This document shows, piece after piece, positions 1-11,822 of a stretch of 64,000 nt of DNA. The stretch is from NCBI GenBank assembly GCA_013416795.1, contig RQSC01000028.1, positions 128,223-192,222 of the forward strand. Reading direction: 5' to 3'. The notes beneath the pieces were generated by a model. The model was given only the letters and a program-made list of their open reading frames with translations, ran no database searches and was not told the origin of the DNA. Source of the stretch: Prasinococcaceae sp. CCMP 1430 (lineage: Eukaryota > Plantae > Prasinodermophyta). Both the position numbers and the translations under genes were made by a program. Within the stretch, counting starts at the first letter, position 1. Every line of letters starts with the position of its first letter.

Positions 1-145
1 GGGGCGGGCGCGGCGCTCGCGCGGGGAAACGCCGGCGCGGCGCGCGTGCGGGTGGGTGACGGGGGCGTGCGTGTGCTGGTGGGGTTGGGATGGGCGGGTG
101 CGCGAGCGGCTGACGCGCGCTGCGCGCGCTCTCGCTGGTGCGCAG

Positions 146-1999
146 GGTTGGCATGACGAGGTCGACATCGACGGGGATGGCGAGTACAGCGACACCGAGA
201 TTGCCGAGGCCGACACCGACAGAGACCCTGACGAGGTGCGCAGCCGCGGCGCGGCGCGAGCGAGGGTGTGTGGGAGCGAGCGACAACGAGGGATGGGGTG
301 GGGAAAGAGGGAAGGAGGAGCGAGTGCACCGCGTGCGATGGCGATGTTGACGATGGCGCGGCGCCTGCGCGGCACGCCCACGCGCACGCGCGCACGCACG
401 CACGCACGCACACCAACGCGCGCGCACCCGCGCACGCAGGATGACAGCGCCTCCGGCGAAGAGGGCTCGGCCGACGCACCGCGCGCCGGCGGCAGCGGCA
501 GCGCGCCCGCGGGCGCTCACGCGGTTTCGCGTTCCCCAGGCGCGACGGCGGCGCAGCGACGCTCGCACGCGGCGCTCTACGCCTCTCGCGCGCGCCACTA
601 TTCCACGAGGCGGAGCCGCGGCTCGTACGCCGACGACTCCGACGGCGACTGCGACGCCGACGGCGACACCACCGCCGCGCAGGCCGCGCGCGGCAAGGAC
701 ATACAGGTGCGCGCGCGCCGCGGGCTCTCTCTCGCGCGCTGCACAGCCCACACGTCCTGCTTCGCCGCGCTCGCACGGCAAGCGCTGACGCGCGCGGCGC
801 TTGACGCCGAACCCCCGCAGGGCATCCCGTGGCACCGTCTGAACTTCAGTCGGGCAAAGTACCGCGAGACGCGGCTGCGGCAGTACAAGAACTACGAGAA
901 CCTGGCATCGACCTCGCAGCAGCTGGACGCGCTCGTGCCGCCGCCCGCGCGGCGCGACGGCGAGTTCTACCAGTTCGCGCGCAACACGCGGCACGTCAAG
1001 TCAACCATCGTGCACTTCCAGCTGCGCAATCTGGTGTGGGCGACGGGGCCGCACGATGTGTACACCCTGCACCGTTGCACCGTGCGTCACTACGATTGCC
1101 TCGCGCGACGGTCGAGCGTCGCCCTCGACCTGTCGGGCGACAGCAACGGCGTGGGGCGCGTGCAGGTGAGCACGCTGTGCGTGAAAGAGGGCATCCTGGC
1201 GGCGGGCGGCTTCGGGGGCGAGATTGTGTGCCGGTCGGTGGGCAGCCGCTGCGTGGCGCACCGCGCGCGCGTGAGCCGCAACGAGAACGCAATCACCAAC
1301 GCGCTTGAGGTCTACACGTCGCCTGGCGCGGCGTCGCCGCGCATCCTCGCATGCAACAACGACCGCGCGCTTCGGCAATTCGACGTTGAGACCTTCCGGC
1401 TCGTCGCGCAGCGCGACTTCGACTGGGCGGTCAACCACGCCACCGTATCGCCCGACGGCCGCCTCGCGTGCGTGGTGGGCGACGACCCGGAGGCACTGCT
1501 GCTCGACACGCGCACCAACGAGACGGTCGCCACGCTGCGGGGGCACCTCGACTACGGCTTTGCCACCGCGTGGCACCCGGACGGCTGGGTCTTCGCCACG
1601 GGCAACCAAGACACCACCTGCCGCATCTGGGACAGGAGGTACATGTCGAGCGCGCTGGCCATATTCCGCGGGCGCATCGGCGCTGCGCGCAGCCTGCGCT
1701 TCTCCCCCAACGGCGATTTCCTGGCGATGGCCGAACCCGCGGACTTCGTGCATGTGGTCGACGCGCGCGGCCCGGGGGCGTTCAGCCGCTGCCAGGAGAT
1801 CGACCTCTTCGGCGAGGTGGCAGGCGTGGCGTTCGCGGCGGGCGAGGGCACGCGCGGCGCGCATCGCGTCGGCGCTGTGGGTAGCGCCGTGCGCGACAGT
1901 CTCTTCGTTGGCGTTGCGGACCGCACGTACGGCTCGCTCCTCGAGTTCCAGCGCGCGAGGTTAGACACGCTGAGCTCGAAGGCGCTCCTAGCCCTCTGA
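146..1999 (+). CDS. WD40-repeat protein (plant/fungal C2A9.03-like family), 5' part upstream of window
   Basis: Exons 146-235, 440-706, 821-1999 with GT..CAG introns and GCTGAC branch points. Splicing gives KDIQ|GIPWHRLNFSRAKYRETRLRQYKNYENL, typical of this family. WD repeats follow (FATGNQDTTCRIWD, SLRFSPNGDFLAMAEPADFVH). Confidence 0.85.
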   Translation, partial: GWHDEVDIDGDGEYSDTEIAEADTDRDPDEVRSRGAARARVCGSERQRGMGWGKREGGASAPRAMAMLTMARRLRGTPTRTRARTHARTPTRAHPRTQDDSASGEEGSADAPRAGGSGSAPAGAHAVSRSPGATAAQRRSHAALYASRARHYSTRRSRGSYADDSDGDCDADGDTTAAQAARGKDIQVRARRGLSLARCTAHTSCFAALARQALTRAALDAEPPQGIPWHRLNFSRAKYRETRLRQYKNYENLASTSQQLDALVPPPARRDGEFYQFARNTRHVKSTIVHFQLRNLVWATGPHDVYTLHRCTVRHYDCLARRSSVALDLSGDSNGVGRVQVSTLCVKEGILAAGGFGGEIVCRSVGSRCVAHRARVSRNENAITNALEVYTSPGAASPRILACNNDRALRQFDVETFRLVAQRDFDWAVNHATVSPDGRLACVVGDDPEALLLDTRTNETVATLRGHLDYGFATAWHPDGWVFATGNQDTTCRIWDRRYMSSALAIFRGRIGAARSLRFSPNGDFLAMAEPADFVHVVDARGPGAFSRCQEIDLFGEVAGVAFAAGEGTRGAHRVGAVGSAVRDSLFVGVADRTYGSLLEFQRARLDTLSSKALLAL

Positions 2000-2542
2000 G
2001 CCAACGAGCGAGCCCGACGGTGCGCTCGCGCGGCACTGTACCATATACGCACGCCAGCACACGTCGCACGCAGCACGAGGTTTCCAGTTCTTCATCGCAG
2101 TGTACCTACTGAACCTGTACAACACAACGCAGAAACGCGACGATGGGAGCGCTTGAAGGCCATGTAGACACCGGATGTCGGGGCGCCCGTCGCCTCTCTA
2201 GTTCAGCGAGCTCGCCGCCTGCACTGCCACGCGCCGGCTCCGTAGCATAAGGATGACGCCCTTCGATTTCTCGACCTCACGAGCGCACGCGCCCATGGCG
2301 CGGGACCGTGCGGGCGCGACAGACGTGCGGCTGCGGGGTGGATGTGCAAAGTATTGTGTTCTGACTCATTAGGTGTGCTGGCTGCGTCCCGCACCGCGGC
2401 GCGTGCGCGCGCGGCCGCGCCTGCCCGCGGGCGAGGGCGAGCCTGGCGGTCGCAGCTCGTGGCGCGGGGCGCGGAGCAGCGGGGACTCCCAGCTTAGCGT
2501 ACAGGTACAAGTGTGGGGTTCGCATGAGCTCCGAGGGAGGCC

Positions 2543-3415
2543 TCAAGCAGTGGCCTTCTCGGCGGTTCCCTCGGCGTACTTCTTCTGCAGTACGCGCGCG
2601 TACTCCTCCTGGTTCGCCCACAGCGTGGCGGCGTACCCGTTGAGCGGCGAGTCGTTGTTGGGTTCGCCAAGCAGCGACTGAATGGACAGCAGGACCGTGC
2701 GCACATCGTATGCAGATGACCACTGCTCCTTGAGAATGTCCAGGCAAATGTTGCCGAACTGATCGACGTTGGGATGGAAGCACGGCGTGTCGAAGGTGAC
2801 CACGGGCGCCTTGTACGGGTAGTCAGTGGGGAATTTGAGCTTGAGCTTGAACTTGAGGCCCTCATATACCGTGCCCTTGGAGCCCTCGATGGTGCCGAGC
2901 CACACAAACAGGTTGCTGCTCTCAGGGAACGCACTCACACCCTGGTCGCCGCTGGTCATGAGCTTCATGAGCTCGCTTTGGAGCCTGCGTGCGTGCGTGT
3001 GTGTGGGTGGGGGGGGGGGAGAGGGGGGGAGGAGGGAGGTCCGAAGTAGCAGCAGGCCGTTGTCAGCACCCGTGTGCTCTTCAAGAGCTGAGCGCGCCGC
3101 GCCTGCCTACCGGGAGGGAGCGTGCGCACGCACTCGCATCCGCGCACCCCACCCGTTTCGAAGGCATCCGCGGAAAGCAACAACGGGCGCGGGACGCCCC
3201 CGCCCAGTTGCCGGCCGGCGCTGCGGCGGCGGCGCGGCAGCGGGCTGGGGGCGCGCGTCCATGCGTTGCGGTCTCCCCACCGCCCCCACCAGCACGCGCT
3301 CGGCTGCCATGGTTGTGTGAGGCGCCTCCACCACATCCGGCNGAAGCCCGTCAGCGGGCGGCCCGCGGACGAGAGCGGCCGCACCGACTGGTTAGGCCCC
3401 GACGATCCAGCGCCC
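2543..3415 (-). CDS. UBE2C: Ubiquitin-conjugating enzyme E2 C (UBE2C/UBC19-20 type); 5' exons uncertain
   Basis: Main exon 2985-2543 reads RLQSELMKLMTSGD...FHPNVDQFGNICLDILKEQWSSAYDVRTVLLSIQSLLGEPNNDSPLN (E2 HPN motif and active Cys). A probable upstream exon MGAGSSGPNQS lies near 3415, with a single-N join at 3342 in between. Confidence 0.92.
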
Positions 3416-4720
3416 ATCCGCGTCGTTGTGCCAGGGCGTGCCAACGAGGTGCCCTCGCCACGCGCGCGCGCGCCGCCGCGCCCCCCGTCCCCCCTCACAC
3501 CCCACCTTTACGGTTTACTGCACCCACCTTGCGAATAAGGGTTCGCATTCCCCCGTCGCGCCCTCGCCCGCGCATGCGCCCCGGCGCGCCGCGCGCCCCG
3601 ACGTCAAAATCAAAGGGCATCGCGCAGCGCCCGTGTGCTCATCAATCGCCATGCGACCGTTCGAGGGGGGGGGGGGGGAGGTTTAGGTTTCGCGAGGGAG
3701 CTTTTTTTTTTTTTTGGCCGTGCCGTGCCTGGCTGGAGCCCCTCAGGGAACACGCTTTTTTTTGTTGTTGTTGTGGTTGGGGGCGATTTTCTTGCTCTTG
3801 TTGTTGTTGGGTGGCGGGGTGGGCGAGGGCGAGCCTTCCGGATCTTTGACCCGGTCATCTGCGCCTTTTTTTTGCGTGTGCGACCCGACGGCGAGCGGCA
3901 CGTTTCGGGTCTTTTTCTCGATTCGCGCGCCCGTCTGCGCGCGCGCGCCGCTCGCGCCGCGGCGTTGTGTCGCTGCCGCGGACGCCGCGTGCGTTTTGAT
4001 GGCGCGCGGTTCCCCCGGCCGTCCCCCCGCCCGCCGCCCGCGGCGAGCACGGAGCGCGGAAGGGAGCCGCGCGGGCGCGAGCGCGGCCCCCCTGCGCTCA
4101 GACTCGCTCTTCGTGTGCGAAGAGTGTTGAGCCTTTGACCGCGCCGAGGCAACAAACGGGCGCCTGCGACGCGCGCGCGCGCGGTGGGGTGGGGAGGGCC
4201 CGCGCATGGGGGGCGCGACCTCCGCGTGCCTCGCGGCGGGGGGACACGGGGGGCGATGCGTGTGTCGAACTCCGCACCTTTCCCACCTCCGCTCACGCGG
4301 CCGGAGGGGGCCGCGCGGGGGGGGAAGGCACGGAGGGGGGGGGAGGACCAGGCGCGTGCGCAACGACGGGGTGGTTGGGTCGGGTGCGCATCTGAATTCG
4401 CACCGCGCCGCCGCGCCAGGCGCGCGGTGCGCGGCGGCAGTGTGGCTCGGCGAGGCTCAGCGGGACGCGGCACGCTGCGCGCATGCGTGTGGGGCGGTGC
4501 TCGTGTGCGTCGGGGCTGCCGCGCTCGCGTGCTTGGCGTGCTTGGTGCCCGCAATTCACGCGCCCCACCCCTTGCTGGAGCGCGCGCGGGCCCGGCGCCG
4601 GTGCGCGCGTCGAACGCGCCTGCCCGGATTCTTGCGCGCCTGTTCCGGCGCGCCATGCGGCACGCAGCGCGCAAACTCTGAGGGCGCTATGAAGGCGTCC
4701 CTGCGTGGTCGGGACGCTTT

Positions 4721-6584
4721 ATGGCGCTCTGCCCGCAGGCGAGCGCAGCTAAGGGCACCGTGCCACCGTGGGTCGTTGCGCACAGCGTCGATGCTGACGC
4801 CCGCCCACCGACGGCATGTGCGCTACGCCCCACCCCACCGGACCCGTTCCGAACCGTGCGCCCCCCTGCCGGCGCGTGCGACTTGCCGCGCGCTGCAGCT
4901 GGCCGAGCTGCATCGCAAGTACCGCATCATGGAGGGCGATCGCCGACAGTACAGCGAGGAAAGCCAGAACGTCATCCGGCGCCAGCGCGCGGCCATCGAC
5001 AAGCTCAAGTCGGACAACATGGCGCTCAAACAGGAGATCGAGGTGGTGACGCGCGCGGACTACGTGCCGCCGGCGCACGTGCAGGACAAGATCACGCGCT
5101 TGCAGGACGAGGCAGACTCATACTCGCGCAAGATTGGGCTCGAGCATAGGCGCGTGGAGGAGCTCGAGAAGACCATCAGCGTGCTCACCACGAAGGCCAT
5201 GGAGCAGCGCAAGCGCATGGGCGGCGTCAACTCGGCCAGGGAGAGCTCGGTCCAGGTGGACAAGCAGGTCAAGACGCTGGAGAATCGCCTGGAAAAGGCG
5301 CTGGTCAAGTTCAACGAGGCGCTCGCACACAACAAGTCGTTGCGCGCGAACATCGACAACCTTCGCCGCGAGCGCGTGGTGTTCGACCAGATTTACAAGA
5401 AGCTCGAACGCGAGCTGCATGATCGCAATGCGGAGATGGCCAACGTCATCGAGGTTTCGAACATCGCGTACGAGGCGCGCGACCAGGCGCAGAACGAGAT
5501 CGCAGCGCTCAAGGCGCAGGCCGACAAGGAGCAGGCCGCGTTTGAACTGGAGTGGCGCGAGCTAGGGAGCATCCTCGAGCACGACCGCAAGGTCGCCGAG
5601 GACAAGCGCAAGGCCGACATAAACGGCAAATTGTCAATGGCGGAGGAGCGCGGCCTGCGCAAGAAGATTGTCAAGGGCGAATGGGGGCTGATCAAGAACA
5701 AGGCGGGGCACCACTTGGTCGCGGAGAAAGCATCCACATATGAAGAGGCCTTCAAACGCATCCACGAGGCGACCGGCATCACGGACATCGACGATCTGGT
5801 GAACTCCTTCATTCAGGCCGAGGATGACAACTTCACGCTGTTCAACTACGTGGCCGAGCTCAATCAGGAGATGGAGAAGCTCGAGGAGGAAGTGCAGGAC
5901 CTGCGCGGTGAACTCGAGAAGTGCCGCGGGCAGGGTGCGACCGGCGAGACACAGCGCAAGAAGCTCCTGCAGGACCTGGAGGCGCGCCTGCAGGTCACGC
6001 AGGGGAAGGCGGAGACGTACGGGCAGAAGCACGCGCACGCCAAGCGCACGCTGAACGGGCTCAAGCAGGGCATCATGTCGATTTTTAGCAAGATTGGCTG
6101 CAGCGCGGCGGAGATGCGCGAGGCACTGGGCGATACGGGCATCACTGAGGACACCATGACGACGTACCTCGGCGTCATCGAGCAGCGCGCCAACGAGATC
6201 CTCATGCGGTACGCAGCAGTGCAGAGGGCCGCGACCTCGGCGGACGGAGCCAACATCGGCGCATCCCCTAGCCGCACTGACGGCGCATCCACTTACCGTG
6301 GCAGCAGCCGTGGCGGCGAGGGGAGCTCCAGGCCGGGGAGCTCCAGGCCGGGGAGCTCCAGGCCGCCCACAACGGGCACCCAGGGGGCGGGGCCCAGGGC
6401 GTCGGCCACTGGATCGCTGGTCATCGACCTGCCCTCCACCAAAGAGGAATGCAATAGCGAGGAGTCGTCAGAAGAGGAGCTCGATGACCGCCCGCTGACG
6501 CGCGACGAGCTTCAGGAGCGCACGATGCGCAACCTGTCCAAGACGGGCGGCCGCGCGCGCAAGCCATCCAGGAGGAAGGCATAG
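4721..6584 (+). CDS. ODAD1: Outer dynein arm docking complex subunit (DC2/ODA1, CCDC114/CCDC63 family)
   Basis: Long coiled-coil exon 4899-6584 with LENRLEKALVKFN, NIDNLRRERVVFDQIYKKLEREL, ALKAQADKEQAAFELEW and FIQAEDDNFTLFNYV. The first exon/start (about 4721, MALCPQ) is uncertain. Confidence 0.85.
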
Positions 6585-6617
6585 CCGCTACCCTTGTAAC
6601 ATTTCAATTCCCAAACA

Positions 6618-6647
6618 CGCGCGCGCGCGCGCGCGCGCGCGCGCGCG
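6618..6647. repeat. (CG)n dinucleotide tract
   Basis: About 14-15 uninterrupted CG units just downstream of the ODA gene. Similar tracts occur near 37355-37377 and 44213-44238. Confidence 0.9.
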
Positions 6648-7032
6648 GCTCACGACCCAAAGTGCACGCACGCAGGCGGAGGGACTGGGAGCGCACCTCG
6701 CGTGCGCCCCGCCCACCTATCCACGCACCAGTGCCCCCGCGCACGTGCACGTCGGGGGCGTCGCACAGTCAGGACAACGCGCGTGGCACGCCGCCACGGG
6801 GTGAACTGCATCAATCATTATGTACGTGCTGCGTCCGCCCGCCGCGGTCTCACGGGCGCCCGACCGCACGCGCTGGCGTGACGGCCGCGAAGCCGGCCGG
6901 AGCGGCGCGAGTGTGCACGCGCGTGCTTCGAGTCCTGCGTTCTAAATGCGCGGCGCGGCGAAGCGCGCGCTCATAGCGCTCGTCCCGGGCAGTGTCTCTC
7001 TCCGCGCAAGGCAGCGGCGGCCGAAGCTCTGG

Positions 7033-7884
7033 TCACCGCCCTCGGGGCGGACTCGACGGCGGCAAGGGGAGGCCGCCCGGCTCCAACATGCTCTGCATCA
7101 GAGAGCGCACGAACCCCGCGCGCGCCTCCGCCTCGACCCGCTCGCCTGGGGAGCTGGGCGCCGCCCGCGCCCCGCTGTCTTTGAGTACGCGTGTGGAGAT
7201 CGACGGGCCAGCAGCGGGAGAATTTTCGCCGTACTGGGACGCCGACGCGCTTGCGCTCGCGCGTCCCACCAGCCGCTCGATGGACAGGCCTCTCAGTCCA
7301 TCACCGTCGCAGAGCTCCAGCGCGAGCCGCTCCATGCGGTCGTGTTCCCTGGACTCGGAGTAGTCGCAGTCGTCATCGTCGAGCAAGGCTGTGTCTTCGG
7401 CGTAATAGTCCTCGTAGTCGTCATCCTCTTCGTCCTCGTCCGTGTCCGAGCTCAGCCGCGGCGGATGCAACGCGGAGGGCAGGGAGCGCGGCGCGTGAGA
7501 TGCCTGGCCCGCCGCCTCCTTCCTCTCCCGCAGCCTCGTGAGCAAGGTCTCCTCTGCGAGCGCGAGTCGCGCCTCCAGCGCACTCGCAACGGCGCAGTCG
7601 GGCGTGCCGAACTGCCGCCCGCTCGCACGCGACGAGCTGCCACTCGCGCCGCTTCCGCTCGCACCGCCGCCCCGACTGCTGCTGCTTCCTCCGGCACCCG
7701 AGCTGAGGCGCTCAAGCACCGCGTAGTCCCCCTCCATGGCCGATAAAAACTCTTCCGTCTCCGGGTTTGCCATCTGGCCTGCGCTTGCGAACGCGCGCGC
7801 CGAGCCTCCAGCGGCTGAGTCGCCGCTCCCCGTGCTGCTGCTCGTGCCCGCGCCACTGCTGCGCGCTAGGGCCCCATGCTCCAT
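7033..7884 (-). CDS. Hypothetical acidic, low-complexity protein
   Basis: Open frame from MEHGAL (7884) with S/G-rich tracts and an acidic tract DEDEEDDDYEDYY. Composition is coding-like but I recognise no domain. Confidence 0.55.
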   Translation of the reverse strand: MEHGALARSSGAGTSSSTGSGDSAAGGSARAFASAGQMANPETEEFLSAMEGDYAVLERLSSGAGGSSSSRGGGASGSGASGSSSRASGRQFGTPDCAVASALEARLALAEETLLTRLRERKEAAGQASHAPRSLPSALHPPRLSSDTDEDEEDDDYEDYYAEDTALLDDDDCDYSESREHDRMERLALELCDGDGLRGLSIERLVGRASASASASQYGENSPAAGPSISTRVLKDSGARAAPSSPGERVEAEARAGFVRSLMQSMLEPGGLPLPPSSPPRGR

Positions 7885-8915
7885 GCCGGCAACCTTGGCC
7901 CGATCCGCGCCGCGCAGCAGGGCCTCTTGGCGCCCCCCCCCCTGGCCGCCCGTGCCGCTGGAGCGCACCCGCGTGGCCTCCCGGGCGGCCGCGCACAAAA
8001 AAAGGCACGCGGCGCGCGGGCGCGCGTCCGTGCCGCGCCCCGGGCCACCGGCCCGCCCCAGCACCAGGAGCCGCCGAGCCGCTCTGCCGTCGAGCGGGGC
8101 CGGCGCGCGAGGGAAGAGGCACAGAGGGGAGGCGGGGGAGACTGGCGGGCACGGCTCGCGCGCAGTGGGGCTCTCCCGTGCGCCACTCCGCCGAGGCCAC
8201 CGCCGGGAAAAAAGCCGGAAGCGCCCGCCCGCCGCGCGCCGCGCTCGCCTTCCCCCGCGGGCCGCGCCTGCAGCGCGCGGACGCAAACGCGGACGCGCAC
8301 GCGCGCGCGAGAGAGAGATAGGCAAGAGCCCCCCACACACCCCTCGCCCTCTTGCCTCGCCGTCGCGACGGAGCTCGCTCTCTCGCGCGCGCTGTGACCC
8401 CATCAGGCGCGACGGAGGCGCGCGCGCGCCTCGTCCGCGCGTTTCTTTCCCCCTTGGCCCTCGGCCGGCGCATCAAAAAAAAAAATCCGTTTCGCGCGCG
8501 GCCCGCGCCGGGTCCAAGCTCCCTCCCGCGCGGGAGCGCGCGCGCGGGGCGTCGCGCCGCGGCGGGCGAAAAACGCCATCGTTCGCTGGGTAAACGTTTT
8601 CTTTTTCTTTTTCTTTTTTTCTTTTTATTTTTTTTCTGACAAGTCGATGCCCATGCACGCGTTCTCCCGCGCGCGCGTCGTGTGGCACGCGACCCACGCA
8701 CGCATCTAGAAAGTTTAGAAAGATACGCAGCGCCGACGACAGGCCAGACAGATCCTGCCAGTGCAGGGGCAGGCCGGCCATACCACTGCGTGATAGCCAA
8801 GGGTGCGCGCCCTGTCACGTTTCGGACGGCCAGGTGTGGAGCGACCTGCTTCAGCCACCGCGACGTGCGAGGCTCTGCCCAGGTGTCCTGGCTGCGCGAC
8901 GCCATGTGATGGCCC

Positions 8916-9332
8916 TCATTCCTCCAGAGGCGTCCACTGGCCCTGGCCACCGCTCTGCCTCGGCGGCGATCGCGGCGCACCAAGGGCAGTCGCTGCGTTG
9001 TCGAAGAAACGGCGGATGGCTGAGCGTGGTGGGGCACCCGATGAGCCTCCTGTCTGCGACTCTGCCTGCCCAGCTGTCGCCGTCTCGGCAGCACTTTCAG
9101 CGGCGTCGTCAGCCTCGGCGTCTATCTCGATTGCCTGGTGCTGCTCTCCCACGTGTGATGCAGTATGTGAGGCCGGGAGCAAACCTGCTGTGCCTGCGGA
9201 AACTTCTTCTGCATGCGCTTCCTCGGTGGCAGCACTCGCGTCGCCGTCTGCTCCGCTGGAGGCGCTTTCGGGCTGGTTCAGACTCTCCTCCGCGGTTTTG
9301 GCTTTTTGTTTGTGCGTGTCTGCGTACTCGCG
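8916..9332 (-). CDS. 3' fragment of a hypothetical A/E-rich protein, 5' end lost at the single-N join
   Basis: Frame reads EYADTHKQKAKTAEESLNQ...IRRFFDNAATALG...WTPLEE*. It is open across the N at 9333 and has no ATG. Confidence 0.45.
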   Translation of the reverse strand, partial: REYADTHKQKAKTAEESLNQPESASSGADGDASAATEEAHAEEVSAGTAGLLPASHTASHVGEQHQAIEIDAEADDAAESAAETATAGQAESQTGGSSGAPPRSAIRRFFDNAATALGAPRSPPRQSGGQGQWTPLEE

Positions 9333-9413
9333 NGGGGCCCTCCCGACGCGTGCGCCTATGCGTCGCTTCGCCGCGCGGCGGGACCAGAGGCACAGCAGGC
9401 GCTCGCGCGCGCA

Positions 9414-11256
9414 ATGGTGACAGTCCCGCGGCGCGGCGAGGGCCCATCGCCCGGCGGCGGCGGCGGTAGCGTGCGCGCGGGCGTGCTCGCCGAGTCACCG
9501 CCCCAGGTGCGCGCCGACGAGGGCGGTGGCGGCGGGAAGAAGAAATACTCCATCAGCAGCGCGACGGTCTCGGGCGGCGGACAGCCGCGCGCGCTCTCGT
9601 CGGTCGCCGCGCTCAAGGAGGAGATTGACGGCGTGGTCATCGGCCAGGACGACGCCAAGACGAGGCTGTGCATCCAGGTGTACAAACATTACAAGCGGTT
9701 GCAGAGCCGCGAGGCGGCCGAGCAGGCCAAGGCCGGCGCGAGCCCAGACGGCTACCAGCACGACATCAAGCCCATGGGCGGGGTGCCGCCCTTCGACGTC
9801 CTGCCGGGCAAGGAGAACCCGCACGCGCCGACGACCAAATACCACGAGACGTCATGGGAGGTGCCGCCCAAGGGCATGGCCATCGGCGGCAAGAATTACA
9901 AGGCTTGGGACGCCGCCCTTGGCGAGGGCGCGGCAGCGGGCGCTCAGGCGGGCGCCCACGGCGCGGGCGCCGCCTTGGCGGCGGCCTTCGGGGCGGGCGA
10001 GGCCGACGACGACCTGAACCGCCACGAGGACCACGACGAGGACCTCGCCGACGTGGTGCTTGAGAAGGCCAACATTCTCATCTGCGGCCCCACGGGCTCG
10101 GGCAAGACGCACCTCATTCGCGCGCTGGGCAAAATCGTGGACGTGCCGGTCGTCACGCAGGACGCCACTGGCCTCACCGCTGCGGGCTACGTCGGTGAGG
10201 ACGTGGATAATTGCCTGCTGCGGCTGCTCGACGCGGCCGACGGCGACGTCAAAAAGGCGGAGCGTGGCATCGTGTACATCGACGAAATCGACAAGCTCGC
10301 GCGCTACGCTGACAACCAGCGCGACGTGGGCGGTGAGGGCGTGCAGCAAGCGCTGCTCAAGATGGTCGAGGGCGACCTGGTCACCGTCAACAAGGACAAG
10401 AACTCGCGCGACCGCAGGTCGGAGGCCACCATCGACACCAGCAGCATCCTCTTCATCGTGGGTGGCGCCTTCGTCGGCCTTGACAAGCTGGTAGCGCGAC
10501 GCACCAAAAAGGCCTCGGCGGGCATCGGCGCGCCGCTGGTCGCGCGACGCAAGGTACGCGTCGATTGAATTTGTGTGCGCCCCCGCGCGCGCGTGCGCTC
10601 GCACCTCATGGCGCTGACGCTCGCGCTCGTGCTCGCCCCCCAAGGCCGATACTGTCGAGGGCATGCTCGAGCAGGGCAAGCGCGCAGCGATGGACGTGAC
10701 GCCCGCCGACCTGACGCAGTTTGGCCTCATCCCCGAGTTTGTGGGCCGTTTCCCCGTGGTTGCTGCGCTGCAGCCGCTGGCGGTGGAGGACCTCGCGCGC
10801 ATCCTCGTTGAGCCGCGGCAAGCGCTGGTCAAGCAGTACCGCAAGGAGTTCCGCGAGTGCGAGACGCGCTTCGCGGTGACACCTGGCGCGTGCCGTGCGG
10901 TCGCCGAGCGCGCCTTCCGCGACAATGTGGGCGCGCGCGGCCTTCGCACCATCATGGAGGGCCTGCTGCACCACGCGCAGGCGCAGCTCCCCGTGCCCAA
11001 GGGCGTCGACGGCGTGCTGCTGGACGCGGCGGCGGTGCGCGAGTACTACGACGCCGACCCGCTTGAGCGCGGTGGGCTCGGTGCCAAGCTCATCTGGGGC
11101 GACGCAGGCGAACTCGAGAGGCGGGTCGCCGAGGCCGTCGCTGCGGAAGAGAGCAACGCTGCGGGAGATGAGGCCGACGGCGACGCCGACGGCCGCAGCA
11201 GTGACGCCGCCGCCGACGGAATTGACCAGCCCAAGAAGCTCCGAGCGACCGCCTAG
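9414..11256 (+). CDS. CLPX: ATP-dependent Clp protease ATPase subunit ClpX (organellar); true 5' end may lie in the N join
   Basis: VVIGQDDAK, Walker A GPTGSGKT, Walker B YIDEIDK, RDVGGEGVQQALLKMVEG, FGLIPEFVGRFP, VGARGLRTIME. Intron 10554-10644 (GT..AAG) joins the two ORFs in frame. Confidence 0.95.
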
Positions 11257-11822
11257 TGGTTCGAGGTGAAGTGGCAGGTGTCAGTTCTTGCTGCTAATTG
11301 TCACAGCGCAGGCGTGCCGGCGCGAAGCGCGGGGTGCAGCTGGCGGCAGCGGGCACTTGGCGGGCCCTGCCCGGTCCGCCTTCCGCGGGTGCGCCTCGCC
11401 TCGCGTCGGCCTCCGCCTGCGCATTGTAAGTACTCTAGGTGTGCACTGAGGTGGGAGGCCCGGAGGGCCGCGTTCAGCTCATGCGCTGCTCCCACCACAC
11501 CACATGTTCCCCTCCCCGCGCCACCCCGGCCGCGCACAACCACGCACGCAGTTGCTGCTTCCGGCAGTTATTTTTTCGGTTGGCGCGGTGGTCAGACATT
11601 TTTGACGCGCGGGCGCCACTTATGTCGCGCGCCGCGCGTGCGGCCGCCCCGTTGGCGTCGTCGCGCGTGCCGCGCGTGTGCCGCAGATCGCGCTTCGGAC
11701 AGCCCGCCTTCTCAGGCGTTCGCGGTGCGGCAAGCCTGCCCACCCGCCGCGCCCCTCCTCGCCCGCCCAGCTTGCGCTCGGCGCTGAGCGCGCGGCCGTG
11801 CGGCCGCGTGACACCGTGTCGG

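Noticed and set aside
6319-6363. Triple 15-bp direct repeat
   Set aside because: It encodes (GSSRP)3 in the disordered tail of the ODA protein, an ordinary coding repeat.
7033-8403. Possible RIO-kinase-like N-terminus
   Set aside because: No kinase motifs follow. The resemblance is only acidic low complexity.
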